DNA of 64,000 nucleotides from an uncultured Pseudomonadota bacterium (GTDB taxonomy: Bacteria; Babelota; Babeliae; Babelales; Vermiphilaceae), in NCBI GenBank assembly GCA_964440325.1, contig CAYTRW010000003.1:2924-66923 (forward strand), written 5' to 3'. Shown piece by piece: positions 46,491 to 57,120 of this stretch; position 1 is the first letter of the stretch; each line of letters opens with the position of its first letter. A model generated the notes under the pieces. It was given only the letters and a program-made list of their open reading frames with translations. It did not search any database and was not told where the DNA came from. The position numbers were made by a program, and so were the translations under genes.

Positions 46491-47103
46491 TATACGGCGT
46501 ATACAACATCATAAGCGTCCAGGTATTAATACTCTTAAAGGGATCCTCGCAAAGATGCGAACACTCCAAATTACAAGAACGATCGCACTGATCAGTAATA
46601 AGTAAAGTCGAAGAATGAGGACAATCTATAACTTTTACTTTCCCTTTGAGAGTACAATCAATCATATGGTTAGTTCTTTTGGTTATAGTCGGTATATCAT
46701 AAGAAAACCAATTGCCAGGATTTTCAGGTTTAAATGAAGATGGTTCTGAGTTAAAATCTTCTTGGCGAAGCGCATTAAGCTTTTTTTTAATGGGTACACT
46801 CAGAAACGCTTGATTTAGATAAAACACAGCTGACAAGATGCTAGCAGAAATTAAAAGTTTGCTGCTTTTTTGTAATGCAGAATTTTTAAAAAAAGATGCT
46901 GCAGAAAAAGTTGACGCTCCCAAAAGCATGGTAGCTAAAGAGGCATTTTTAAAACGGTTTGCTGATTTACGTGCTTTGGTGTAGATAATGCATTCTTTGA
47001 CAGCGGTACAGAAATTGCTAGGCGCATCAAATGCTACTGTTGTTTGAGAGCATGCAGCCAAAAGGGCAAGAATGGTTATTTTTATCTTCATGCAAACTTT
47101 CAT
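46471..47103 (-). CDS. Hypothetical secreted Cys-rich protein (210 aa)
   Basis: Signal peptide MKVCMKIKITILALLAACSQTTVA; multiple Cys in the C-terminal third. Confidence 0.35.
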   Translation of the reverse strand: MKVCMKIKITILALLAACSQTTVAFDAPSNFCTAVKECIIYTKARKSANRFKNASLATMLLGASTFSAASFFKNSALQKSSKLLISASILSAVFYLNQAFLSVPIKKKLNALRQEDFNSEPSSFKPENPGNWFSYDIPTITKRTNHMIDCTLKGKVKVIDCPHSSTLLITDQCDRSCNLECSHLCEDPFKSINTWTLMMLYTPYSKRKEA

Positions 47104-47220
47104 TTTTCAACTTTTTATAAAAAACATATATACAATAATACAATATCTCGTTTTTGTCTATTTGTCAAATAAGGTTGTTTTAAAAAGAGGCCTGTTCCCG
47201 TAGGGGTTTTTGCGCTAAAT

Positions 47221-47571
47221 TTAAGATACGGGGGTTTGAGTGAGGATTTTTTTGTGTAATAAATGCAAGAAACAGGGATTTTGGCAGGTTGTATGATAGG
47301 TTGCCATAGCACAAACCGTCTCAGTTGCTCTTTGTTTGTATTCTTGCGAGGAGCGGTTACTTTTTAGTTGAGTAAAAAAAGAGGCCAGAGAGATTGTAAG
47401 CAATGCACTTTGGCAAGGTATTTTTGAGCCATCAATATTATGGGTTAATACATAAGCATCTCTTTGTGGGCCAAAAGGAACCTCAGAGAGGTTTGTCGAT
47501 TGCATGCTTTTTATTGTGCACGCAACTATGCAGAGTAAAAAATATGTTTTAAAAAAAATATGTTTTTTCAC
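47221..47571 (-). CDS. Hypothetical secreted protein (116 aa)
   Basis: Signal peptide; immediately downstream of cysS. Confidence 0.3.
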   Translation of the reverse strand: MKKHIFFKTYFLLCIVACTIKSMQSTNLSEVPFGPQRDAYVLTHNIDGSKIPCQSALLTISLASFFTQLKSNRSSQEYKQRATETVCAMATYHTTCQNPCFLHLLHKKILTQTPVS

Positions 47572-47573
47572 GG

Positions 47574-48908
47574 TTAAACCTTTTTATCTTGAACAGGGAT
47601 TCCCATTTTGATCAATTGATCTCTCAACTCATCAGCGCGCTTCCAGTCTTTTTGTGCGCGAGCATGTTCTCGCTCATCAAGAAGCGCTTGAATTTCTGGT
47701 GTGATTTCAATCTTTTTTTGTTCAAGAGGATGGAGAGTAAGTCCCAAAATTTTGGTTAAGATATATTTTACTCGTGCGGCTTCATGTTCATGCTTTTTGA
47801 GACGATCAAGTGATTCAAATAATACGCCAAACATTCCTGGGGTGTTTAAATCATCACAGAGCAATGAAAGCATATGATCAATGACTGGGACATCTTGTGC
47901 TTGCTTAAGAGATACGGGAACTTCTTGTACATCCAAAAAAGCATTGCAAAGACGTTCATAGCTTTTTTCTAAGCCGCGAATAGTTTGCTCTGAAAAATCT
48001 ATAGGCATGCGATATTGATGTGAAAGATAATAGTATCTCAAAATCATTGGATCTATCTCTTTAAAGAGCGTATCAAGATTAATTACATTTCCGAGTGATT
48101 TTGACATTTTTTCATTGTTAACTTGTACAAATCCATTGTGAAGCCAAAAACGTGCAAATGAGCCATTAAATCGTGCTTCAGATTGGGCGATTTCATTTTC
48201 ATGGTGAGGAAATGTAAGATCAAGGCCTCCCCCATGAATATCAATATGCTCTCCAAGGTATGTGTATGCAAGAGCAGAGCATTCAATATGCCATCCTGGT
48301 CTTCCGTTTCCCCAGGGGCTTTGCCAAAATGTTATTTCTGGTTCATGTTTCCACAATGCAAAATCAAGAGGGTCTTTTTTTTCTTCACGAATATCAACGC
48401 GTTCTCCTGCGCGCATATCATCAAGTTTGCGTTTTGAAAGTTTTCCATATCCAGGAAACTCGCGTACTGCAAAATACACATCGCCGTTTGATTGGTATGC
48501 TATGCCTTTTTGGATAAGATTTTGAATAAAAGAAATGATTTCTGGAATGTGTGCTGTTACGCGAGGTTCATGCGTTGGGGTTAAACAGTTAAGTTGCTTC
48601 ATATCGGTGCGATATTCTGCTATATATCGATCTGCAACTACGGTAAATTTTTTTGCATCACCAAATTCATCAATCGCTTTTTTTAATAACTTGTCATCAA
48701 TGTCTGTAATATTTCGACAGTAATCAACTTGATATCCCAAAAAAGTTAATAATCTAAAGACAAGATCAAAGGTAACATAACATCGCCCGTGCCCAATATG
48801 CGCTGGTGCATATGGGGTAATCCCGCAGACATACATGCGAACCTTTGGTGGATTACTTGGAGTAAAAAGCTCTTTTTTTTTGGTAAGGCTGTTTGTAAAT
48901 GTTAACAT
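47574..48908 (-). CDS. cysS: Cysteine--tRNA ligase
   Basis: HIGHGR (HIGH) and KMSKSLGN (KMSKS) motifs; 444 aa. Confidence 0.95.
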   Translation of the reverse strand: MLTFTNSLTKKKELFTPSNPPKVRMYVCGITPYAPAHIGHGRCYVTFDLVFRLLTFLGYQVDYCRNITDIDDKLLKKAIDEFGDAKKFTVVADRYIAEYRTDMKQLNCLTPTHEPRVTAHIPEIISFIQNLIQKGIAYQSNGDVYFAVREFPGYGKLSKRKLDDMRAGERVDIREEKKDPLDFALWKHEPEITFWQSPWGNGRPGWHIECSALAYTYLGEHIDIHGGGLDLTFPHHENEIAQSEARFNGSFARFWLHNGFVQVNNEKMSKSLGNVINLDTLFKEIDPMILRYYYLSHQYRMPIDFSEQTIRGLEKSYERLCNAFLDVQEVPVSLKQAQDVPVIDHMLSLLCDDLNTPGMFGVLFESLDRLKKHEHEAARVKYILTKILGLTLHPLEQKKIEITPEIQALLDEREHARAQKDWKRADELRDQLIKMGIPVQDKKV

Positions 48909-49040
48909 TTGTTGAACTCTTGTTTAAAATCATCTTTTTGTAAGAATCAGTGTAGCCAAAAAAGGGGGTATGCTCTAGTCAATTTCAAAAAAAATAGTAG
49001 TATGTCTCCTGGTATCCTTCCGTAACTGGATCAAACCTTA

Positions 49041-51698
49041 TTGAGCATAAGAGACATGACACGCAAACGTACTGCATCGCCACGCATTCTTTTTTTAAGT
49101 ATTTTTATTGCTGCAACTTTGCCTTTTTATGGAAAAGCATCGCATCTTCCGAGTGATATTGATGAATATGCTATCACTAATCCTTATGAACAGGATGAAC
49201 AAGCCCCTGAAGTAGAATCAATAGACTTGGATGAAGATGAATCAAAAGAGGATGAAGATGAGCTTTTTGATTCTCAAGATAATGTGCAAGAATCATCTGA
49301 TCCGTGCGCTCAGCAACCTGTTTCGCAATCAGAGATTCGCATTAATGATATTATAGTTTCTGGAAATAGGTTTACCTCAAAAGAATCTATTTTGAGTTAT
49401 GTTACATACAAAATAGGAGAGCCGTTTGATCCTATAAAAACGGGGCAATTGATTCGTTCAATTTATTTTGGCATAAAAAGGTTTCGTAACATAAAAGTAA
49501 AAGCGGAAAAAATTGCTCCGCGTTTGATTAATTTGCATATTCAGGTGGAAGAAAAGGTCCCGTTAAAAGGAGTAACTTTTCATGGGAATTCAAATCTTTC
49601 AGAAAAAGATATTAATAAAAAAATAGATTTTGCAAATTTGTATGCGATTGATCCTGAAGAGCTGGGACAGTTAGCGTTGCAGTTAAAAAAATTGTATATA
49701 GAAAAAGGATTTAACCATGTTTCTATTGATTCTTCATTAACAATAGATGATGACGGAAGAGCAGTTGCCTGCTTTCAGATAAAAGAAGGTAAAAAATCCG
49801 TAGTAAAACAGGTGCACTTTAAAGGGAATTGCCATATAAGCAGAAAAGAATTGCGTGATGCTCTTCTTACCAGAGAGGATTGGCTTCTTGGTTTTATGGA
49901 TAGATCTGGAACGTATCATCCAGAAATGGTTGAGTATGGAGACAGGCAAGCTCTTGAGCATTATTATCAAAATAAAGGTTTTTTGTATGGACGAGTCACC
50001 AACATTATTACTGATGTGCATCCAAAAACAAAAAATATTTCTCTTACGTATGAAATAGAAGAAGGAGAGCAATACGTTATTAGCAGTGTGCAGGCTCCTG
50101 GAAATTCTATTTTGCCAGAAGGGTTTTTGTTGCATTCAATTCCATTGCGTCCTGGCATGTTATATTCCCGAGAAATGATTGCAAATTCAATGAAAAAAAT
50201 TGAACGTTTGTGGGGGAATTTAGGATATATTTTTGCTCATGTTGAACCTTCTATTATTCCCGATGATGATGCAAAAACGGTAAAAGTAATCTTTAAATCA
50301 GAAATTGGAAATAAAGTGATGCTAAACAGAATAACGATTAGAGGGAATAAAAAAACCCGAGATAAAGTTATTCGAAGAAAAATTGTCATGCAAGAAGGTG
50401 ATCCTCTTACGCAGGATGGCATGGATACTTCCAAAAGAAATGTCGAATCATTGGGTTATTTTGATCCAAAAGAAGGAGTAAATTGGAAGATAAAACGACT
50501 TGATGAAGAAACAGCAAATCTTGATTTGTTTGTAAAGGAAGCAAAAACGGGGAACTTTGGCTTAAAGTTTAATTTTGGTGGGTCTGGTACGGATATACAA
50601 TCTCCTGCGGCTGATCTTTCTGTTGCTCTTGAGCTTACAGATACCAATCTTTTTGGGAGTGGCGTTCATTTAAATACGAATGCAAGTTGGGCAAAAGCAG
50701 AGCAGTCATTTCTTTTCCATCTTGCGCAACCATGGATGTTTGATAAACCTATTCTTGGCGCGCTTGACATTTATCATAAGCGTCCTGTGTATGATGAATT
50801 GCGAAATGTTCGTGCAGGGAGATCAAATGCAGTTCATGAAAAATTAACCGGTGCTTCAGTGACCGGTGGATTTATTTGTAGATCTGATTGGGAACTGTTT
50901 CACGATATGAATGTTTTGGGAAATATTGGTATTGATAGTATTCAATATCAAGGACCTGTGATTGCAACAATTTATAATGTTCCACCATCAACAAATCTTG
51001 ATTACCAAGCAATGCTTGATAAGCTTTTTACGGCAGGTGAATTTGCATGGCTTACGGTAGGCATGGAGCAAGATACTCGTAATCATCCAATTCATACAAG
51101 TCGTGGGCATAGATGGCGGTTTAATGCACGTCTTGCTGTTCCATCTTTTTGTAAAAATATTTCATTTTACAAGGTATCGCTTGATGCTGGATGGTTTACG
51201 CCGCTCATAAATGAGTACGACTTAGTACTTAAATTGCATGGGTATTTTGGTATTACACAGCCAATTAAAAATTATATTGTTCCATTTGGTGAATTGTATC
51301 ACATTGGTGGGCCGACAAGCGTGAGAGGATTTCTCTTTGGTCAGATTGGTCCTAAATATGCCGGGGATTCTATCGGTGGACAAAAAGCATTTTTTGTTAA
51401 CGCAGAGTTGATTTTCCCTATTGCGCCAGATATGTCTATTAAGGGAATCGTTTTTTATGATGGTGGTGCTGGTTGGGATAATCCGTATACAGATAGTATT
51501 TCTCCAGAGAACATGCTATATTTGCGCGACAATAGTTTTACGTACCGGCATTCTATAGGTGCTGGGTTACGTTTGCTCAAACCAATGCCTATCAGGATAG
51601 ATTGGGGCTTTAAAATAGATCCGCGTCGCAATAAACAAGATCCAGGTAAATCAGAAACTCCTTATGAAGTGCATTTTGGAATGTCGTACGATTGGTAG
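49041..51698 (+). CDS. bamA: Outer-membrane protein assembly factor BamA (Omp85), with an acidic low-complexity N-terminal insert
   Basis: Signal peptide, POTRA repeats, and a C-terminal 16-strand barrel region with the conserved RGF/Y motif (VRGFLFGQIGP). D/E-rich stretch (DEDESKEDEDELFDSQD) before POTRA1. Confidence 0.85.
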   Translation: MSIRDMTRKRTASPRILFLSIFIAATLPFYGKASHLPSDIDEYAITNPYEQDEQAPEVESIDLDEDESKEDEDELFDSQDNVQESSDPCAQQPVSQSEIRINDIIVSGNRFTSKESILSYVTYKIGEPFDPIKTGQLIRSIYFGIKRFRNIKVKAEKIAPRLINLHIQVEEKVPLKGVTFHGNSNLSEKDINKKIDFANLYAIDPEELGQLALQLKKLYIEKGFNHVSIDSSLTIDDDGRAVACFQIKEGKKSVVKQVHFKGNCHISRKELRDALLTREDWLLGFMDRSGTYHPEMVEYGDRQALEHYYQNKGFLYGRVTNIITDVHPKTKNISLTYEIEEGEQYVISSVQAPGNSILPEGFLLHSIPLRPGMLYSREMIANSMKKIERLWGNLGYIFAHVEPSIIPDDDAKTVKVIFKSEIGNKVMLNRITIRGNKKTRDKVIRRKIVMQEGDPLTQDGMDTSKRNVESLGYFDPKEGVNWKIKRLDEETANLDLFVKEAKTGNFGLKFNFGGSGTDIQSPAADLSVALELTDTNLFGSGVHLNTNASWAKAEQSFLFHLAQPWMFDKPILGALDIYHKRPVYDELRNVRAGRSNAVHEKLTGASVTGGFICRSDWELFHDMNVLGNIGIDSIQYQGPVIATIYNVPPSTNLDYQAMLDKLFTAGEFAWLTVGMEQDTRNHPIHTSRGHRWRFNARLAVPSFCKNISFYKVSLDAGWFTPLINEYDLVLKLHGYFGITQPIKNYIVPFGELYHIGGPTSVRGFLFGQIGPKYAGDSIGGQKAFFVNAELIFPIAPDMSIKGIVFYDGGAGWDNPYTDSISPENMLYLRDNSFTYRHSIGAGLRLLKPMPIRIDWGFKIDPRRNKQDPGKSETPYEVHFGMSYDW

Positions 51699-51786
51699 TA
51701 TTATTTTTTGTTTTACTGTGATGGTAATGTTTTCTTCTGCACAAAATAGTGTTGGGATGATGACAAATAAATGGAGGAGGTTCCTT

Positions 51787-52464
51787 ATGTCAGCAAGATA
51801 TACGGTCACTATTGATGGTCCTGCCGCAACAGGAAAATCGACTGCAGGAAAAGAGATTGCAGCAATTTGTGGTTTGCCATACGTGTACACAGGCCTTTTC
51901 TTTAGAGCATTTGCATGGGCATTAAAAAATAAAAAAGATGAAAAAATAATAAAGAGAATAACGCAGTCATTTGTTGACGATCTTTTTGGTAAAATTGAGT
52001 ATCAGTATGATCATGTAAAAGGATGTGCGATTTTTTTTGACGGTTGTGATATTACGTCTTTACTAAAATGTCCAGAGATAGATCACCTTGCGCCAATTGT
52101 TGCAAACAATGTATTGGTGAGGCATGCGGTGTTGCAAAAAGAGCGTTTTTTGGCTCGAGAAGGTGGTGTTATTGATAGTCGAGATGCAGGAACGGTGGTT
52201 TTCCCTGATGCAGAATATAAGTTTTTTTTTACAGCATCACTGGTGGTACGTGCGCAGCGAGTGTATCAGGATTGGCAAAAAAAAGAGATTAAAGGAACGC
52301 TTGATGATGCAATAAGGCATATAAAAGAACGGGATGATTCTGATGCAACGCGTGGATATTTTAAACTTGTTATTCCTGAAAAAGTTATTCAAATAGATAC
52401 AAGCACTTTGTCAAGACAACAAGTTCTTGATCAAATGATTTTAGCTCTTGATTTTTTACATTAA
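51787..52464 (+). CDS. cmk: Cytidylate kinase
   Basis: GGAGG SD before ATG 51787. VTIDGPAATGKST P-loop. The longer ORF start overlapping bamA is rejected. Confidence 0.9.
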   Translation: MSARYTVTIDGPAATGKSTAGKEIAAICGLPYVYTGLFFRAFAWALKNKKDEKIIKRITQSFVDDLFGKIEYQYDHVKGCAIFFDGCDITSLLKCPEIDHLAPIVANNVLVRHAVLQKERFLAREGGVIDSRDAGTVVFPDAEYKFFFTASLVVRAQRVYQDWQKKEIKGTLDDAIRHIKERDDSDATRGYFKLVIPEKVIQIDTSTLSRQQVLDQMILALDFLH

Positions 52465-52558
52465 ACAATTCTTTTACTTGATACATAAAAACTAGGATTT
52501 GTCTCTTTTTTTGATATAGGATTTAGAGTGTATTAATCCTTTGCAAAAGAGAGTTTTT

Positions 52559-52858
52559 ATGAAGCATAAAAAAGGTTTTAAAAGTATATCTTCTGTTAAA
52601 ATTCTTCTTGGGGTAAGTCTTTTTTTTGCGGCGTTTCATATTTATCAGTATACCCTTTTTGTGCAAGCATCATATCAAAAGCAGCAAGCAGAAAGGCATC
52701 TTGTAGCATTGCAAGAAAAAAAAATGCATCGCATGCAAGAGATTGAAGAGATGAAATCGCGTACATTGATTCGACATTATGCAGCAAAAGAACTAGGAAT
52801 GAAAGTATTAAGCTTGCGACAAGTTAAACGCTTATCTTGTCAACAAGGTTCGGCATGA
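52559..52858 (+). CDS. FtsB/DivIC/FtsL-like septum-formation initiator (single TM plus coiled coil)
   Basis: N-in TM (ILLGVSLFFAAFHIYQY), a coiled coil, and C-terminal ...IRHYAAKELGMKV resembling the FtsB/DivIC signature. Translationally coupled (ATGA) to ftsI. Confidence 0.5.
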   Translation: MKHKKGFKSISSVKILLGVSLFFAAFHIYQYTLFVQASYQKQQAERHLVALQEKKMHRMQEIEEMKSRTLIRHYAAKELGMKVLSLRQVKRLSCQQGSA

Positions 52859-54516
52859 AAATGGTATATGGATCTGAAGAAAGAATCAGGATAGGGATCC
52901 TTTTTTGTTTTTTTTTGTGTGGATATGGAGGCATAATTGTTCGGCTTTTGTATGTGCAAATTGTTCATGAATCATTCTATACATCCTATGCTGAGCGACA
53001 ATATTATGGATCTGTAATGCAGTGTCCACCGCGAGCAACTATTTTTGATCGCAATGGTGCATATTTAGCAATGAATAAAGAATCTCTTTCAGCATTTATT
53101 ATTCCTCCATTAGTGCAAGAATGGGAGCAACTTCTTTCTTTTGTTAAAACGTATTTTCCTGAACAATATGATCGAATTGGGGCGAGTAAAGATAAAAAAT
53201 TTATTTATCTTAAACGTAGGATTAGTATTCAAGAAAGTGAATATATAAAAAAATATGCACCGCAGGATACGGTTCGATTGTTGTGTGAGCCGGGAAGATT
53301 TTATCCTGTTTCAAGCGCGAGTAGCCTTATTGGAATTACAGATATTGATAACAATGGAATTATGGGAATGGAGTTGTGGTTACAAGATATTATTGCGGGT
53401 AAGCCAACATGGTATGAGTTAGAAAAAGATGCACGCATTGATGGATTTTGTATAGCAAAAAAAAAGACAGAAGAGGGTATTGATGCTCATCCGGTTGTAT
53501 TGACAATAGATAGAGATTTGCAATTTTTAGTGCATCAAGAGCTTGAAGAAGCAGTTGCGGCATTTCAAGCAAAAGAGGGTGCAGTGTTAGTTATGAACCC
53601 TGATAATGGGGATATTCTTGCAGTAACGTGTATTCCGCAGTTTAATGCAAATGAAGTATCGCAGATTGATGTTTCAACGACAAAGCTTCGTCCATTTACA
53701 GAAAGTTATGAATTGGGATCTGTTATAAAAGTGTGTGCAACACTTGCAGCGCTAGAAGAAGGTGTTGTTGATTTTGATGAATTAATTGATTGTCAAAATA
53801 CAAAAACTGCGGTTATTGAGGGTCGTAAAATTAATACCCCGTATGCAAATGGAGTAATCCCTTTTTGGCAAGTGATTGCAAGTTCAAATAATATTGGAAT
53901 GGCTATTGTTGCAAAGCGAGTAGGGCGTTCTTTGTATGAACATTATAGACGAATGGGGTTTGGGACAAAAACGGGAATATCTTTTCCTGGAGAAGCCGTA
54001 GGATTTGTAAATCCTCCGTATAAATGGTCAAAGCAATCTATTATTTCACTCTGTTATGGATATGAAATTACCGCATCGCTTTTACAATTGGCTTTGTTTT
54101 TTTGCATGATTGCACGAGATGGATATGCGATAAAACCACGATTAATTTTATCCCCTGACAATAAAAATGAACGTGTTAATCCTGTTCGTCTTTATTCAGA
54201 ACATGCGGTGTTTCAGCTTAAAAAAATTTTGGAACAAACAACGTTGCAAGGAACGGCAAAGAGAGCAGGTATTAAGGGTTATTGCATTATGAGTAAAACA
54301 GGAACAGCCAATATGGTTGTTAACGGAGCATATGATGTTACTAAAAATGTATACACGTGTGCTGGAATCATTCAAAAAGACTCGTATCAAAGAGTTGTTG
54401 TTACTTTTATTAAAGAAGCAAATCGTTCTGATCTTTTTGCAAGCACTGTTGCAGCTCCTTTGCTTGAGCGCATTGCTGAATGTTTATTGATTCATGATCG
54501 TATTATTAATGATTGA
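52855..54516 (+). CDS. ftsI: Penicillin-binding protein, class B transpeptidase (FtsI/PBP3-like)
   Basis: N-terminal TM; SxxK (GSVIKV), SxN (SSNIG) and KTG (SKTGTA) motifs. Confidence 0.85.
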   Translation: MKMVYGSEERIRIGILFCFFLCGYGGIIVRLLYVQIVHESFYTSYAERQYYGSVMQCPPRATIFDRNGAYLAMNKESLSAFIIPPLVQEWEQLLSFVKTYFPEQYDRIGASKDKKFIYLKRRISIQESEYIKKYAPQDTVRLLCEPGRFYPVSSASSLIGITDIDNNGIMGMELWLQDIIAGKPTWYELEKDARIDGFCIAKKKTEEGIDAHPVVLTIDRDLQFLVHQELEEAVAAFQAKEGAVLVMNPDNGDILAVTCIPQFNANEVSQIDVSTTKLRPFTESYELGSVIKVCATLAALEEGVVDFDELIDCQNTKTAVIEGRKINTPYANGVIPFWQVIASSNNIGMAIVAKRVGRSLYEHYRRMGFGTKTGISFPGEAVGFVNPPYKWSKQSIISLCYGYEITASLLQLALFFCMIARDGYAIKPRLILSPDNKNERVNPVRLYSEHAVFQLKKILEQTTLQGTAKRAGIKGYCIMSKTGTANMVVNGAYDVTKNVYTCAGIIQKDSYQRVVVTFIKEANRSDLFASTVAAPLLERIAECLLIHDRIIND

Positions 54517-54537
54517 TTTTTATAAAATAAGGAGAGC

Positions 54538-55377
54538 ATGATGCATCAAACAGATATCCCTTTAGATGTTCCAAAAAATTGTGTAGAACATTTTATAAGT
54601 AATTACACATTGCTAACACGAAAAACAGAAAATCTTTTTTTTGCAGTGTTTGACCATGGGATTGAGCATTTGGATGGAACTGATCCTGAAATTGTATTTA
54701 AGCTTGCATCACAAAATGTTGGAGCGCTTGTAGCACCTTTTGGTTTGATTGCAAAATATGCTCATGGATATCGTTCAGTTCCGTATGTTGTTAAAATTAC
54801 GGGAAAAACAAATCTTATTCCTACTGCTGAGCAGGATCCGTATAGTACAGTATTGCAATCAGTTTCTGATGTTGTGCGTTTTAAACAAGAATCACAGCTA
54901 CTTATATGCGGAGTAGCAGTAACTATTTATCCAGGAAGTATTTTTGAGTCAAAAATGCTGCAAAATGCTGCACGGGCTATTTTTGAAGCGCATCAAAATG
55001 GATTACTTGCAGGATTATGGGTATATCCGCGAGGCCATTTAATTACGGATGAATTAAACCCAGAATTGCTTGCTGGAGCCGTTTCTCTTGCCAATAATTT
55101 GGGAGCAGATTTTGTAAAAATAAAGCTACCTGTTGTGCGCGAACAACATTTTTTTGTTGATGAATGTAAAAAAATTATAGCAGCAGCCGGTAAAACAAAA
55201 GTTGTTTTTGCAGGTGGAGAATTTGTATCAAAAGAACAGTTTCTTGTTACGCTTCAAAAAACAAAAGAAGCAGGATTTTCTGGAGTGGCAGTTGGCAGAA
55301 ACCTTTTTTTTAGGCCATTGTGTGAAGCGCAAGAAATATGTTCAGCAATAGCGCAACTGATATACCATGAACAATAA
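54538..55377 (+). CDS. Class I aldolase of the DeoC/FbaB (DhnA) family
   Basis: LGADFVKIKLP, with the Schiff-base Lys in the GADFVK motif. 279 aa TIM-barrel length. Confidence 0.55.
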   Translation: MMHQTDIPLDVPKNCVEHFISNYTLLTRKTENLFFAVFDHGIEHLDGTDPEIVFKLASQNVGALVAPFGLIAKYAHGYRSVPYVVKITGKTNLIPTAEQDPYSTVLQSVSDVVRFKQESQLLICGVAVTIYPGSIFESKMLQNAARAIFEAHQNGLLAGLWVYPRGHLITDELNPELLAGAVSLANNLGADFVKIKLPVVREQHFFVDECKKIIAAAGKTKVVFAGGEFVSKEQFLVTLQKTKEAGFSGVAVGRNLFFRPLCEAQEICSAIAQLIYHEQ

Positions 55378-55465
55378 ATCGATTGATTTGTTAATAATTC
55401 CCTCTTGTGTTTATCAAGAAGCTTTCTTAAGCTTATGAGGCAGCATAGAAAGGAATAGATAGATA

Positions 55466-56974
55466 ATGAACAAAAAGATTGTACGTGTTATTTTTTTTCT
55501 CAGCCTCCTTGTAGACTGGTTAGCACGCGCGCAAGTGATTTTACAGGAAGATTCTACAGATCATGAAGTATTTGGAAGATCTTTCATGTGGCCACGGCCA
55601 GGCTATCAGCATATTTCAACATATAATCAGTTGTGGGATGAGGTTATTTATACAAAATGTGGGAAAGTGCGCGGAGCATTTCAACTCATTCCATTTATTC
55701 AAAAGTCTTCTCCATTAGAAAAAAATTCGCGTTATTTTTTGATTAATGGATTGGATCAATTGCTTGTTTCAGGTGATGCAAATGTGCGCGATACGTATAC
55801 GCGTTCTGTTCGTGCGGAATGGTTAGGATTGCCAGCAGATTTTAGAGGTAATATGACTATGCGTCCTGAGCAGTTTCAAGCAGGTTTTATTTTTGCATAT
55901 GATCAAGACTTGGGTGCATGGTTTGATATTCCCTTTGTTAAAGATTGGCAACTAACGATAGAAATTCCCTTGCAACTTGTTGAAAATACGCTTAATTTGA
56001 CCCAATTTGATGTAATTAATCAGGGTAATGGAACAACAACGCAACGTAATATTTTGACTGCATTTGATCAATCTGCGTGGCATTACTCAAAGATACAAGG
56101 AAAGCAGCGTGCATTTGGGATTGCAGAGTTTCGCTTTTTATTGCAAAGTACGTATATGGTGGGCGATCATTTTTTGATTGAGTATCATGGAATACTCTCA
56201 TTGCCAGCTGCTCCTACTCAAAATGCAAAATTTCTTTTTGATCCTTTTTTGGGGAATAATCAACATGCGGGGATAGGTGGTGGAGCGCATTTTCAATTTC
56301 CGTTAAATCGTGATACAGATACCTATGCTTTTTGTTTTTTTGCAGCGTTGGATAGCTTATTTCTTATTCGTAACAAGCAGTATCGTACGTTTGATTTAAA
56401 ATCAACGCTTACTGCTAATATTGAAGGAACACTGGGAACAAATCCATGGAGCAGATTTTTGTTATTTAATAAAAAAAATGGACCTCCTAATCAAAATATT
56501 CCTGGCGTTAATATTTTAACGCTTAAAGCTCTTATTCGTCCGTATGGTATTTTTGATTTTACGACTGGATGGCGGATAGAAGCAGAGTGTTTTTCTTGTG
56601 AAGTAGGGTTTAATATTTGGGGCCATGATCATGAAAAAATTCAAAGTATAAAAGAGCCCTTTCCGTCTATTTATGGAATTGCTGCGGTTCAACCAGATAC
56701 TGATATTCAAGCAAAAACAGCAAGTAATAGTACTATATCAACACTTGCGGCAACTGATGCAGAGTTTACAACTATTGATATTACTGATATTGATCTTGAG
56801 TCTGCTGAAGGCGGTAGTGCTATTAACTTTAAAGCGCATCTTGCCTTTGGATTTAAAAATCTTGATCCAAAAGGAGCAGGGTTTTTTGGTTTTGGGATCT
56901 TTATTGATGTGCCAGAAAAGAATGCAGCATTAAAAAACTGGGGTGGATGGGCAAAAGTTGGAGCAACATTCTAA
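55466..56974 (+). CDS. Putative major outer-membrane beta-barrel protein (signal peptide; C-terminal ...VGATF)
   Basis: Signal peptide MNKKIVRVIFFLSLLVDWLARAQ, Gly/aromatic-rich amphipathic strands, terminal Phe. Confidence 0.4.
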   Translation: MNKKIVRVIFFLSLLVDWLARAQVILQEDSTDHEVFGRSFMWPRPGYQHISTYNQLWDEVIYTKCGKVRGAFQLIPFIQKSSPLEKNSRYFLINGLDQLLVSGDANVRDTYTRSVRAEWLGLPADFRGNMTMRPEQFQAGFIFAYDQDLGAWFDIPFVKDWQLTIEIPLQLVENTLNLTQFDVINQGNGTTTQRNILTAFDQSAWHYSKIQGKQRAFGIAEFRFLLQSTYMVGDHFLIEYHGILSLPAAPTQNAKFLFDPFLGNNQHAGIGGGAHFQFPLNRDTDTYAFCFFAALDSLFLIRNKQYRTFDLKSTLTANIEGTLGTNPWSRFLLFNKKNGPPNQNIPGVNILTLKALIRPYGIFDFTTGWRIEAECFSCEVGFNIWGHDHEKIQSIKEPFPSIYGIAAVQPDTDIQAKTASNSTISTLAATDAEFTTIDITDIDLESAEGGSAINFKAHLAFGFKNLDPKGAGFFGFGIFIDVPEKNAALKNWGGWAKVGATF

Positions 56975-57120
56975 CAAAAAGAACTATATGCTCATTGGGT
57001 CGATAAATCAGTCGACTTAGAATTCAATCTGAATGTTTTTCTTTTTTTATTCTTTCTTTTTAATTGTTTGTTTAGTTACAATTGTACATATAGAATTGTG
57101 AGTCTAAATAAAGATTTTTT